In this document: piece by piece, positions 27,575-37,171 of the stretch
Layout of the letters: each line of letters begins with the position of its first letter
Numbering within the stretch: position 1 is the first letter of the stretch
Sequence record: MK994515.1
Direction: 5' to 3' (one strand)
Source: Serratia phage Moabite
DNA length: 40,000 bases
Notes under the pieces: model-generated
Databases searched by the model: none
What the model was told of the DNA's origin: nothing
The model's input: the letters and a program-made list of their open reading frames with translations, nothing else
Made by a program: the position numbers and the translations under genes

Positions 27575-27615
27575 GTAATAGTTCGGAAGTAATTGAAGTA
27601 CTCCCGTAAGGGTGA

Positions 27616-27648
27616 GAAAGGGGGCGTTTGCCTCCTTTCTTTTTTTCT
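27616..27648 (+). terminator. Rho-independent terminator
   Basis: GAAAGGGGGC-GTTT-GCCTCCTTTC then T-tract. Confidence 0.9.
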
Positions 27649-27675
27649 ATCTTTTCAGAAAAGAGGGGAAAGTAA

Positions 27676-29127
27676 TTGGGTGTTTATCTGTTAAATCCGG
27701 ACTATGACAGGGATATCGCAGCTCTGCCTCGTCCTCCAATTATCCTCAATGATATCGACCCGGCGCATTATGAAGGTACTGATCCAGTCAAAGAACTGAC
27801 CATGACCGAATATAGCGACGACTTCATTGAGACATTACCGGCGTGTGAGTGTGGCCACACCCATGGTCGGTATAATTCATCGAACGACCCAAGTATCCCT
27901 AACACGGTATGTCCGAAATGTCAGACTGAAGTGATGAGCCCAATCGATCGAGGGTTTAAATCTTCTGTGTGGCTGAGAGCACCTAACGGTGTTCGTGCGT
28001 TCATCCGTATCAATGCGTTGGTCATGTTGCTGAAGAACTTCACCCAGGAGAACTTCTCGGCAATTGAATGGCTCTGTAACACCAAATATAAGCCAACCAA
28101 CGATACCAGTGCCACGTTCCGTCGGTTCAAAGAACTGAACATCCCTCGTGGCTATAATCACTTTATCGAGAACTTCGATGACATCCTGGGAGCGATGGTG
28201 GATAGTAAGATATTCAAGCCATCTGCTAACCGTAACGATGCGTTGGTGTATTTCGATAAGTTCAGGGATCTCCTGTTCCCAACCGTCCTCCCGTTGCCAT
28301 CTCGCCGGTCTATCATCACGGAGCTTAGTAACAAAACTCGCTTCTGCGCTGAAGGCTATGCAGATGTTGTCGATGCTGCACGAGCTATTTATAGCTTGGT
28401 CGGTAAAGATGAACCGCGTTATCAAGTGACTAAGGAATATCACGTATTCCGAGCACTGATGATGTTGGTGAAGTATCGGGAATATATCGACAAGAACATC
28501 CTGGGTAAGAAAGAAGGCTGGTTCCGTAAACAGATCTATGGATCTCGTACCGGGCCAACTTATCGTGGCGTAGTAACGTCTATCGCGGGATCTCACGACT
28601 ATGAAGAAATGCATATGCCGTGGGGGATTGCGTTAGGGGTTTATCACACCCACTTGATCGGAAAGTTAGTTCGTCGCGGATTCACCATCCAAGACTCTGA
28701 GGATCTACTGATCTCTTCGGTAGGGCGTTATAATCCGCTGATCTCCACACTGCTGGATGAGCTGATTGACGAATCTCCGTTTACGACAATTAGCGGTAAA
28801 CGTGGGCTGCCTCAGTTGCTGGGTCGAAATCCAACGTTGAACTTACGTTCGATTCAGAACCTGTTTGTCACCAAAATCAAAAGGGACGTGCACGACAATA
28901 CTATCGGCCTATCGCTGCTAGTACTCAAAGCTCCGAACTGTGACTTTGATGGCGATATGCTCGGTGGGATGCCTATCCTGAGTAAGGCGGATTATCATCG
29001 TGTGCGCAAATTAGCGCCTCACACGGGTACATTCGATCTGAACAAACCGCACGCCTTGAACAACAATATGGCGTTGGGTGCTCCGGTAAGGGCTACGATA
29101 AACAACTACCTTCACAGGAGGAAGTAA
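27676..29127 (+). CDS. Non-virion RNA polymerase beta' N-terminal subunit (TTG start)
   Basis: Zn-finger CECGHTHGRYN...VCPKC, GRNPTLNLRSIQNL and catalytic NCDFDGDMLG motif. Confidence 0.9.
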   Translation: MGVYLLNPDYDRDIAALPRPPIILNDIDPAHYEGTDPVKELTMTEYSDDFIETLPACECGHTHGRYNSSNDPSIPNTVCPKCQTEVMSPIDRGFKSSVWLRAPNGVRAFIRINALVMLLKNFTQENFSAIEWLCNTKYKPTNDTSATFRRFKELNIPRGYNHFIENFDDILGAMVDSKIFKPSANRNDALVYFDKFRDLLFPTVLPLPSRRSIITELSNKTRFCAEGYADVVDAARAIYSLVGKDEPRYQVTKEYHVFRALMMLVKYREYIDKNILGKKEGWFRKQIYGSRTGPTYRGVVTSIAGSHDYEEMHMPWGIALGVYHTHLIGKLVRRGFTIQDSEDLLISSVGRYNPLISTLLDELIDESPFTTISGKRGLPQLLGRNPTLNLRSIQNLFVTKIKRDVHDNTIGLSLLVLKAPNCDFDGDMLGGMPILSKADYHRVRKLAPHTGTFDLNKPHALNNNMALGAPVRATINNYLHRRK

Positions 29128-29748
29128 TTGAAAATTTCTATAGTTAGCGGAGATGAGCGATCGTTCCGAGCGGCTGCGTTCGGGATGCCTGATCGTGACT
29201 CCGTAGAGCGGACATATTCTCGTCTGGAAGAATTCAGTCGTGGGTTGTCTTCTCGGGCAAGGGAAGGTCTGGAGCGTACTCGTGGGTTGATTGAATCCAT
29301 GTATGACGATACGGTGCGTAACTCGCTACGTATTCTGGGCCGGGTTAAACGCGGGCTGTTCCGTGATGACGTTATCCAGTTCTTGGATGATCAGACGGAA
29401 ATTGCCACAGCACCGATGACCATGCGTCGTTGGATTCTGGCGCACCCATTCATCCGTAGTCGTTATGATACCCAGTCCATTGATGCTTGGGGTAGTAAAC
29501 CCGGTCAGTGGGATCTGGAAGGTAAAGGCTATGAAGATCTCTTCTATCGTGCAGCGACCAATGGTCTGGCAACGAAGAACGAGAAAGGTGAATGGTGGAG
29601 CGAATATACGTTTGGCGGTTGTTCTGTTCCTGGTGCGGGTACTATCTCTCTGGAAGAGCAGATGGATATCCTGGCTACCTGGGATATTATTGACGACTGC
29701 ATCGCAGACGGAATCGATCCGACTTCAGTAATGAAAGAGCGTCTTTAA
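29128..29748 (+). CDS. Hypothetical protein, 206 aa (TTG start)
   Basis: ORF directly abutting the previous stop; AGGAAG upstream. Confidence 0.8.
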   Translation: MKISIVSGDERSFRAAAFGMPDRDSVERTYSRLEEFSRGLSSRAREGLERTRGLIESMYDDTVRNSLRILGRVKRGLFRDDVIQFLDDQTEIATAPMTMRRWILAHPFIRSRYDTQSIDAWGSKPGQWDLEGKGYEDLFYRAATNGLATKNEKGEWWSEYTFGGCSVPGAGTISLEEQMDILATWDIIDDCIADGIDPTSVMKERL

Positions 29749-29754
29749 TAGACG

Positions 29755-29787
29755 AAGAAGAGGGGCGTTTGCTCCTCTTCTTTTTTT
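29755..29787 (+). terminator. Rho-independent terminator
   Basis: GAAGAGGGGC-GTTT-GCTCCTCTTC then T7. Confidence 0.9.
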
Positions 29788-29830
29788 GTTCGAATTCTAT
29801 GGACAAGTAATCATTCATTAGGAGTTCTAG

Positions 29831-30226
29831 ATGGCAACTGTACATGCCTCTTTAAACGGGTACGGTTACACCAAAGACCCAACTATCATTGCCGATGAGT
29901 TATTCGGCGAGAGCATCTATAGCAGGCGCTCTCAGACCGAGATCTACTTCGGGAAGATCGTCTCCTTGGACGACATGATTCGACAATTCAGCGATCGACC
30001 TACTGAGCTTTGTAAGGAGTTGGAAGATCAATACACTGAGTTGTTTGGTCGTCACTTTGTGGACGTACGGGTTCAGGCTACTTCCGAGGAACCTGAAGGT
30101 AAAGACGCTTTCAACGTAGTGTTAAAAATTAGATATCTGCGAGATGGTATACGGTACGACTTCGCGCGTGTCATCGAGCACTACGATGGCGTCGTTAAAG
30201 AGATTACAAGGATACTTGACAAATGA
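29831..30226 (+). CDS. Hypothetical protein, 131 aa
   Basis: TAGGAG Shine-Dalgarno. Confidence 0.8.
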   Translation: MATVHASLNGYGYTKDPTIIADELFGESIYSRRSQTEIYFGKIVSLDDMIRQFSDRPTELCKELEDQYTELFGRHFVDVRVQATSEEPEGKDAFNVVLKIRYLRDGIRYDFARVIEHYDGVVKEITRILDK

Positions 30227-30786
30227 CCGATCTCACCCCTCCAATTCCTCAGGAAGATACTAGCTTCCTGGATGCGATCTTAGACTGGAGCGAAGCCTCC
30301 ATCGGATCCATCGATAAAGAAACCTTTGCTCGTACCTGGCTCCCTGCCTTGACCAGCGAAGATAAAGTTATTCGTGAAAACGCCTGGCGTGCTTGGGAAG
30401 CTGACGTTGCTAAAAGCTTCTCCTTGCCGGTCTATGTTACCGAAGACGGCGAACGTAAGTGGTTAGTTCCCCCTGTCATTGGTACCATTAACTCGGGTTA
30501 CACTGCCAACCCGATGTCAGTAAATACTCAGAACCAGATGGTAGCAACTATGCGTAACCGTCTGCTCGCCAACGGCGACATTGCCCAGGACAAAATGTTC
30601 GAGGGTATCGCCAATGCAGATGGCACTGCCGCAGATATCAATAAGTTCTATCAGCTGAACTGGTTTGTTATTCTCCGTGACTTCGGTCACCTGAAAGATG
30701 AATCTGGAAAGGCGGTTGCTGCTACTAATGTAGACGCGGCTAATGGTACTGATGATGTCTACGAAGAAGGCGAGTATGATTTCTGA
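30223..30786 (+). CDS. Hypothetical protein, 187 aa
   Basis: ATGA overlap with the upstream gene. Confidence 0.8.
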   Translation: MTDLTPPIPQEDTSFLDAILDWSEASIGSIDKETFARTWLPALTSEDKVIRENAWRAWEADVAKSFSLPVYVTEDGERKWLVPPVIGTINSGYTANPMSVNTQNQMVATMRNRLLANGDIAQDKMFEGIANADGTAADINKFYQLNWFVILRDFGHLKDESGKAVAATNVDAANGTDDVYEEGEYDF

Positions 30787-31900
30787 CGAAAAAGGCCTGC
30801 GTATTGGGCTCGTCAGTGATGTTCACTTTTTCCATAAACGGACTCGGTCGCCACGTATGTTGGCGGCCATCCGTCGTCTATTTCCGGATAATGACGAAAC
30901 GGGAGAATTAGACATCATTGCGATTACCGGTGACTGGACAGATCACTTGGTATCGTTAGATGATCCCGATGTATATTTCGCCCAGGAAGCGGCGATTTAT
31001 TTGATGCGCCTCTGCGCCAAACGGGACATTGATCTTATCGTCCTGGAAGGTACCAAATCCCATGACCGAAACCAAAACATCATGTTCGATAAATTGAACA
31101 AGATACTGGAATTAGGTTGTAACGTTATCTACCGAGACACGCTGTGTATTGAGTATCTGGAAAAGCACGGGATTAACATTCTGTTCTTACCTGATGAATG
31201 GTCGCCTAATGCTGAGGTTACTCTGCAACAGGCCAAAGACTTGATTCACTCTCGTGGCTTGGCAAAAGTTGACTTTGTCTTTATGCATGGCGGATTCACT
31301 TACCAATTACCCGGCATCCCATCTCCAGCGTTGCACGACGCAGTAGCATGGAGTGAGTTAGTTGAGTATGCGGTATTTAGTGGGCACATCCACACTCACT
31401 CTCGTTATCTTAACGTCATGTCTGTAGGCTCTCTGGAGCGACTTGGGCACGGCGAAGAAGAAAACAAGGGCGTAGTCTACATGACCTATGCAAATGGGCG
31501 TGAGGCTGACTATGTGCGTAAAATCAACCATGATGCTAGGATTTACCGTACTCTTGATGTTCAGGGTATGGAGATCAATGACGTCTTACAGATTATTGAT
31601 TCAGAGGGGCCGTGGGAACCCGGTTCTGCGATTCGTCTTCTGTTCGATCCTGAAGATCCTAAGATGGCTATAATGGAGGCGGTAAAAGCAATATACGGAG
31701 ATATTGAGTTTACTGAGAAAGTCAACGGTAAGAAGTTAAAAACAATGCATCGTGGTACTGCGTTTGTCCAGCAGAAATACGTAGCTACGCCGATTACTCG
31801 TGCAAACGTATCTTCTCTTTTAGAGAAACGTTGGTCTGATCGCGGTACTGATTCAGCAACCATCGAAGAACATCTTGATTTGGTAAGGGGACTTTTGTGA
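30776..31900 (+). CDS. SbcD/Mre11-like metallophosphoesterase nuclease
   Basis: Phosphoesterase motifs GLVSDVHF, ITGDWTDH, EGTKSHDR, FMHGG, FSGHIHTHS. Confidence 0.85.
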   Translation: MISDEKGLRIGLVSDVHFFHKRTRSPRMLAAIRRLFPDNDETGELDIIAITGDWTDHLVSLDDPDVYFAQEAAIYLMRLCAKRDIDLIVLEGTKSHDRNQNIMFDKLNKILELGCNVIYRDTLCIEYLEKHGINILFLPDEWSPNAEVTLQQAKDLIHSRGLAKVDFVFMHGGFTYQLPGIPSPALHDAVAWSELVEYAVFSGHIHTHSRYLNVMSVGSLERLGHGEEENKGVVYMTYANGREADYVRKINHDARIYRTLDVQGMEINDVLQIIDSEGPWEPGSAIRLLFDPEDPKMAIMEAVKAIYGDIEFTEKVNGKKLKTMHRGTAFVQQKYVATPITRANVSSLLEKRWSDRGTDSATIEEHLDLVRGLL

Positions 31901-32301
31901 AGGCAATTGTTAGAAACTCAATGGAGGTCACCGTAGACAATACGGTGCCTTATATCCTACTTTTGGTTTTGTCGCCTGTATTGGGACTTATCGCTAAGGT
32001 AACGTTCTGGTCGTTTTACGGCGGCTCCAGTATTTTGATCTTCGGGGCAGGTGTTGGGTTAATCGTTCACTGGTGTTCGTGGGTGATGACTAACACTACT
32101 GAAAACGACGGTATCCCTGGCTGGTTAGCTGGGGTAATGTCTTACCTGGCTGTCAGTATTGGTTTTGTTCTGATCAACTGGGGACTCCACCTTATCGACT
32201 ACAGAGTACGAGTTGATACAGCTAACGCATCTATCGTCTGTCTGTTAGCGGCATCTGCCGTACCGTTGATTCGCTTATGGTTCGATAAACGAAAAGGGTA
32301 A
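31897..32301 (+). CDS. Multi-pass membrane protein, 134 aa (GTG start)
   Basis: GTGA overlap with the previous gene; several hydrophobic segments. Confidence 0.8.
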   Translation: MKAIVRNSMEVTVDNTVPYILLLVLSPVLGLIAKVTFWSFYGGSSILIFGAGVGLIVHWCSWVMTNTTENDGIPGWLAGVMSYLAVSIGFVLINWGLHLIDYRVRVDTANASIVCLLAASAVPLIRLWFDKRKG

Positions 32302-32304
32302 GTT

Positions 32305-33129
32305 ATGAACGCATACGACGTCCTTTCTCAGCGGGCTGTCGGCGAACTTCCGATTTCTATAGGCACGGCTCTAGCTCTTGAGGGGCTAGAGAAAAACATT
32401 AGCGCTGGTGATTCTGGTAATCAGCGCTATGGTGCTTTGTGGATTAACATTCGCACGCTGTACCGTAACATCTACGAATCGGTGGAGAATATCCGCCGAC
32501 CTTTATTAACGCCAAAAGCAATTGCGGATACATTGATCGAAGAAGTTCAGTATATTCGTCGTTTTGCTAGCGGTAAGATTGATCACGTTCAGTTGTACCA
32601 CCGTGAGTACGCAGATCTACTTCGTCGGTTCCCGAAAGCGTATATTAAGGTTCCTAATACCCCGTTGCAAAAACAATACGATGCGTTCATGAACAAGACA
32701 CTGGACATTGTCATTGCTCGTGATGTCGACCAAAGTATTGAATGGGATAAGGGATCGATATTGCGCGGTGAGCCTACCAAAGCGTTGATCATTACTCACT
32801 ACCCGGTTGACTTACTTTCTCGTACCAAGTTCACTCAGCTACGTTTGCTGGAGTCGTACACGGCTGCGATTAAGTCTAAGTCGCAATGGAACACGAAGTT
32901 GACGGAAGGTAAGAACCTCAAGAACATGCCTTTCAACGATTTCACTATTCAGGTGTTTGGCGATGGCCCGACGCAGTTCTTGCGTATGCCAATTGCAATT
33001 CGCCGAGCGGTTATCGATTGTGCAATTAAGTACAAATGGACACCGATGACTACCACTGAAAAGATCCGTCAGAACATCCAATGGATACCTGACAAATCGA
33101 TCGTGGAGCTACTCAGAGAGGCCCTCTAG
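32305..33129 (+). CDS. Hypothetical protein, 274 aa
   Basis: Long ORF. Confidence 0.85.
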   Translation: MNAYDVLSQRAVGELPISIGTALALEGLEKNISAGDSGNQRYGALWINIRTLYRNIYESVENIRRPLLTPKAIADTLIEEVQYIRRFASGKIDHVQLYHREYADLLRRFPKAYIKVPNTPLQKQYDAFMNKTLDIVIARDVDQSIEWDKGSILRGEPTKALIITHYPVDLLSRTKFTQLRLLESYTAAIKSKSQWNTKLTEGKNLKNMPFNDFTIQVFGDGPTQFLRMPIAIRRAVIDCAIKYKWTPMTTTEKIRQNIQWIPDKSIVELLREAL

Positions 33130-33206
33130 TAGTATTTTACGCCGGCTCTAGTGATATGAGCCAACTTACAAATTTATCTTCAAACCGAATATTAAGGGTT
33201 TACCAA

Positions 33207-33992
33207 ATGGCAGAACAAAAGTCTTATAGCCTGGGTCGTCGCGAACGTGCACTCGATGATTGGGCATGTCGCCTGTTTGCTCCGGCTACTCAAAACAGCG
33301 ATGGTAAAGAACCATTCCTGTTTATTGATTTCCGCTACAATCATCAGGATAAAGTTCGCGATATCCAGATGGGTGTAAACCTGCGCAAAGGCGGTAAAGA
33401 CGGTAAGATCGACTTCTTCCCTAACCTGGTTCAGTTCAACGCGCTGTGCGAAGCTATCCGCATGGTAGCTAACGACCAGATCCCTGACGGTATGGTCAAA
33501 ATGGAAGTCATGACTACGTTCATGTTCGGTAAGAAACTGGATCGTCCAGAAACCGAATTCATGATCGTGGTCGGGAAAGACCAGGAAGGTGTATTCATCG
33601 GGATCACTCAGAAAGGCCGCGATAACGTGAAGTTCTACTTCACCGGTCCGCGCATGACCGTTCTGCGCAACCGTGCAGGTGAAGTGTTCGATAACTCGGT
33701 CACCAGCAAAATCTTCGCAATCGCTCGTGCGAACATGTGGGAAAGCCACATCAACTATCTGATGCAAAGCGCATACCTGGACGCTCCTGAACTGGAGCAA
33801 GCAAAGGAAGCGAAGAAACGCGCCAACCAAGCACGCTTCAGCCAGAACCAAGGTCGCCAGGGCGGCGGCGGAAATTCATGGGGCGGAAATGGTGGTGGTA
33901 ACGGCGGCGGCAATAGCTGGGGCGGCGGTCAGCAACAGCAACAATCTGCTCCTCCAGCCGATGGCGGCTTCGATAACGACATTCCGTGGTAA
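33207..33992 (+). CDS. SSB-like ssDNA-binding protein with Gly-rich linker and DNDIPW tip
   Basis: Gly/Asn/Gln-rich linker and C-terminal GGFDNDIPW resembling the bacterial SSB tip DDDIPF. Confidence 0.65.
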   Translation: MAEQKSYSLGRRERALDDWACRLFAPATQNSDGKEPFLFIDFRYNHQDKVRDIQMGVNLRKGGKDGKIDFFPNLVQFNALCEAIRMVANDQIPDGMVKMEVMTTFMFGKKLDRPETEFMIVVGKDQEGVFIGITQKGRDNVKFYFTGPRMTVLRNRAGEVFDNSVTSKIFAIARANMWESHINYLMQSAYLDAPELEQAKEAKKRANQARFSQNQGRQGGGGNSWGGNGGGNGGGNSWGGGQQQQQSAPPADGGFDNDIPW

Positions 33993-34049
33993 TACGGTAA
34001 AGCTGCTGAGGGCAAGTAGCCCTCAGCAGTCTCTACTATTTTTCACGTA

Positions 34050-34068
34050 TATATTACCTAATTGATAA
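34050..34068 (+). promoter_or_regulatory. Candidate early promoter TATATTACCTAATTGATAA
   Basis: TTTTTCA-CGTA-TATATTAC shared architecture. Confidence 0.65.
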
Positions 34069-34095
34069 CAAACCAAATGGTCTACAGGAGACTTC

Positions 34096-35613
34096 ATGGA
34101 AATCTATTTTGATCCGGAAATCGACGAGAAACAAAAGCTCGTTTTGATGGGACATCCCGGAGAAGAGCCGTTGGTCTGGGACATGCGTTATTACAAGAAG
34201 GTAAACGCGGAAATGTTTCGGGACATCAACGATTTCTGGCGGTGGCGTCCAGAAGAAGAGCAGGCTGCGATCTTCCAGGCGTTCAGGAATATCCGCGATG
34301 TGCTCGGTGTAGTATTCGATCCAAACGTCCTGTTCAGTATCATCAACAAGGAAGTCATTAAGATCGCGAAGTATCATCCGATCGACCTGGTTGATCACTG
34401 GGTAAGAACGCGTTCTCAGATTCGTTTTCCAGATAACCTGAAAGACGAAATGGATGAGCGTGACCGACCTGAGCAAACGTATCTGCGTGACGACTATCGT
34501 CAGCTGACGTCTCTGTCGGTAATCCTGAAGTTCATGTTGCCGATCTGGTCTGAGTATACCATGCTCAAACTGGGGTTGCGTGAGAACCAGCAGGAAGTAG
34601 TATCCATGGCGTTGCTGCAACGTAGTGGTATTGAAGAGAGTGCTCCATTCCAGCGGTTCCGCGTATTCGTGGATTATATCGCATCGGATAACGATCCGGG
34701 CATGAGAAACATTCTCGAAGGTATCGGGACGTTGGACATGCCGGAGTGGATCTTCAGTCTGATGATGGTAGAACGACTGGCAGCTGCGGTAGTGTCTCAC
34801 AACGACGATGCGAACAAAGAGCAAACAGTTAACCTGATCTCTACGCTCTGGGCACAAACTCGGGCTAAACTGAGCCCTGACCAGAACCGTAAGAAAGGAG
34901 ATGTTCGTCCTAAGACGTTTACGTCGGCGAACGGTAGCGAAGAAGACAACTCGTCTACAGCGGAAAGTTATAAGCCCAAGGAACGTATCAGTGATGGTAC
35001 TCGAATTGAGTTCGACTATTCTGCAGCAGATGCGGCGTTGATGGGTCGTCGGTTGATGAACGATATCGATCTGGATCTGTTGAAACGACTGGTTCGTCGT
35101 AACTCGCTCCGTAAGTATTTCAACCCGACCGAAGAGCAAGTTAAGTTAACGGCACTGACGTTAGCGAAAATTAACCCGACTCGTGCAATGCCTCACACCG
35201 ATCGTACCGGTGCGATTAACATGTTGTCGGTAGCTCAGACCTATCTGCATCAGAAAGGGTTCTCTACTCTGGCTGATCTGTTAGGTGCAAGTCGCGGTGA
35301 GCCGTGTAATACGATCTCTGGTAGCGAGCAGATCAAAGATCACCACAAAACTATACTGGCAACCATCTATCCATATCGTCGCCAAGTAAAAGCGGGTACT
35401 GGCTCTAAGACGGTATTGAAAGATCCGGGCACAATTGCCATTGAAACATTAACAAGTAAATTCGCAGGCTATTATTGGTATCGTGATACCGATGACGTCA
35501 TTGCGGAAAGCTCCAAGATGGTTATTCGGGAAGGCGGTATGGTTATCCCTAGCGATATCCGACTGATCCTGGCTGACTTCATCATTGCATTAAACGGCCC
35601 AACTGGCCTGTAA
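34096..35613 (+). CDS. Possible fifth nvRNAP subunit (phiKZ gp68-like), 505 aa
   Basis: Size and position between the beta' N-terminal and beta N-terminal genes; downstream of an early-type promoter. No diagnostic motif. Confidence 0.45.
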   Translation: MEIYFDPEIDEKQKLVLMGHPGEEPLVWDMRYYKKVNAEMFRDINDFWRWRPEEEQAAIFQAFRNIRDVLGVVFDPNVLFSIINKEVIKIAKYHPIDLVDHWVRTRSQIRFPDNLKDEMDERDRPEQTYLRDDYRQLTSLSVILKFMLPIWSEYTMLKLGLRENQQEVVSMALLQRSGIEESAPFQRFRVFVDYIASDNDPGMRNILEGIGTLDMPEWIFSLMMVERLAAAVVSHNDDANKEQTVNLISTLWAQTRAKLSPDQNRKKGDVRPKTFTSANGSEEDNSSTAESYKPKERISDGTRIEFDYSAADAALMGRRLMNDIDLDLLKRLVRRNSLRKYFNPTEEQVKLTALTLAKINPTRAMPHTDRTGAINMLSVAQTYLHQKGFSTLADLLGASRGEPCNTISGSEQIKDHHKTILATIYPYRRQVKAGTGSKTVLKDPGTIAIETLTSKFAGYYWYRDTDDVIAESSKMVIREGGMVIPSDIRLILADFIIALNGPTGL

Positions 35614-35645
35614 AATAAATCGACTAAGAAAAGGAAAGACAATAA

Positions 35646-37139
35646 ATGAAACCTCAAGTTATCGACGCAATCTTCTTCGAATCTTCTAACTACGATGATC
35701 AGTTCTCTCGTTCTTTCGATACTCACTTCGACGGAGATGTATCGAATGACCTGTTGCGTAACACCAACAACGGTCGTAACTTGTCACCGACTGCATTGTC
35801 CCGTTCTGTGGGTTCTGCGATCACGATGCAATCTCGTCACCGTGGCGAAATCGTAATCCCAGGCGGCTGGGGCGAAAAACGTCTCAGTTTCATCATCACT
35901 GTACTGATCGACGATTATAATGGTCGTAGTCGTCGTCAGGTATTGACTGGCTATACTGACTATAACGGCGTGTCTCGTGTAAGTGGTTCTCTGGATGATG
36001 AGATGTTGCTGTATGTCAACAACTCCACCACTATCGCAGATACCGTGTTCAGCACCGGTCGTGGTAATACTCGTCGTTCTCGTATTGAGAGCAACGATTA
36101 CATCATCCGACCAAACGCGCTGCGTAACGACCGTACTCGTCGTCTGGGCTTTGACGAACCTGAACGTCTGCTTCGTCCAAACGATATCTTCAATAACCGT
36201 TCTATTGCAGAACAAACTCGCTTCCTGGGCGGTAGTGACGAAATCATCGATACTCGTGGCGATCTCGGTAACGAAATCAAACTGGGTCGTCGTACTGATA
36301 ACAATGCGTCCAACTATCTGTCTCGCGTTCTTCGTGCAGGGATCATGGCTGAAACTAACACTCAGCCGGAGTTCAATGTCGAATCTCGTTTTGCGGCAGA
36401 AGAGCTGACTCCAGCAGAACATGCAGCAGCGGCAACTATGCCGAACGATATCGGTTCAAACACACTGTTCATGGAATTCCTGGCCAGCTGTGATTTCGGC
36501 GTAAGTGGTTCCATCACTCTGCGTGAGTTTGCAGACTGCACCGATTGGGATGAGCGTGCAACGCGCTTCATCGATGCCGGCGAAGTGGGTAAACGTGGCT
36601 ATACTGGTTACGAACGTGGTCGTGGTAGCGACTGGAAAGGCTCTGACCGTAAGACCATCGCAGCATCTATCATCGCGCAATCTGTTCCGGCGTTGATGAT
36701 GCAACACTTCATCTCCGATGCTATCATTAAGATCACTAATGATACATTGACTGGTGAAATGAAAGCGCTGGTAGAAGGCCCTCGTGCAATGATCCCAGGT
36801 ATGGACGTAACTCCGTATCTGACTCCGCTGGAAGACCTGCTGGTTCTGCAAGTCGGCGAAGTGGTATCGCACAACAACCAAATGTTGATCGATGTTCAGA
36901 TCGACTGTTCTGTCATCACCGATATCAAAATCACCATCAGCATTGAAGGTGATGAGGACGAAGAGTTCGTAGCTCCGTGCTTCTGTGATGGTTTGACTTC
37001 TCCGATGAAAACTCCTGACTACGATCAGGCAGCTAAGATCGGTAACGATCTGAGTGCAATCATCGACGATGTCGTAGACCAAATGCGTGCTGAAACTGAT
37101 GAGCCAACTCGCGACTACTTCGACCGCGACGGTTATTAA
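35646..37139 (+). CDS. Hypothetical protein, 497 aa
   Basis: Long ORF with AAAGGAAAG Shine-Dalgarno. Confidence 0.9.
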   Translation: MKPQVIDAIFFESSNYDDQFSRSFDTHFDGDVSNDLLRNTNNGRNLSPTALSRSVGSAITMQSRHRGEIVIPGGWGEKRLSFIITVLIDDYNGRSRRQVLTGYTDYNGVSRVSGSLDDEMLLYVNNSTTIADTVFSTGRGNTRRSRIESNDYIIRPNALRNDRTRRLGFDEPERLLRPNDIFNNRSIAEQTRFLGGSDEIIDTRGDLGNEIKLGRRTDNNASNYLSRVLRAGIMAETNTQPEFNVESRFAAEELTPAEHAAAATMPNDIGSNTLFMEFLASCDFGVSGSITLREFADCTDWDERATRFIDAGEVGKRGYTGYERGRGSDWKGSDRKTIAASIIAQSVPALMMQHFISDAIIKITNDTLTGEMKALVEGPRAMIPGMDVTPYLTPLEDLLVLQVGEVVSHNNQMLIDVQIDCSVITDIKITISIEGDEDEEFVAPCFCDGLTSPMKTPDYDQAAKIGNDLSAIIDDVVDQMRAETDEPTRDYFDRDGY

Positions 37140-37171
37140 TCCAACCCAATTTTAAAAGAGAGTAAAGTATA

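Noticed and set aside
33192-35139. 219-aa and 361-aa minus-strand ORFs
   Set aside because: Fully antisense to better-supported plus-strand genes with Shine-Dalgarno sites.
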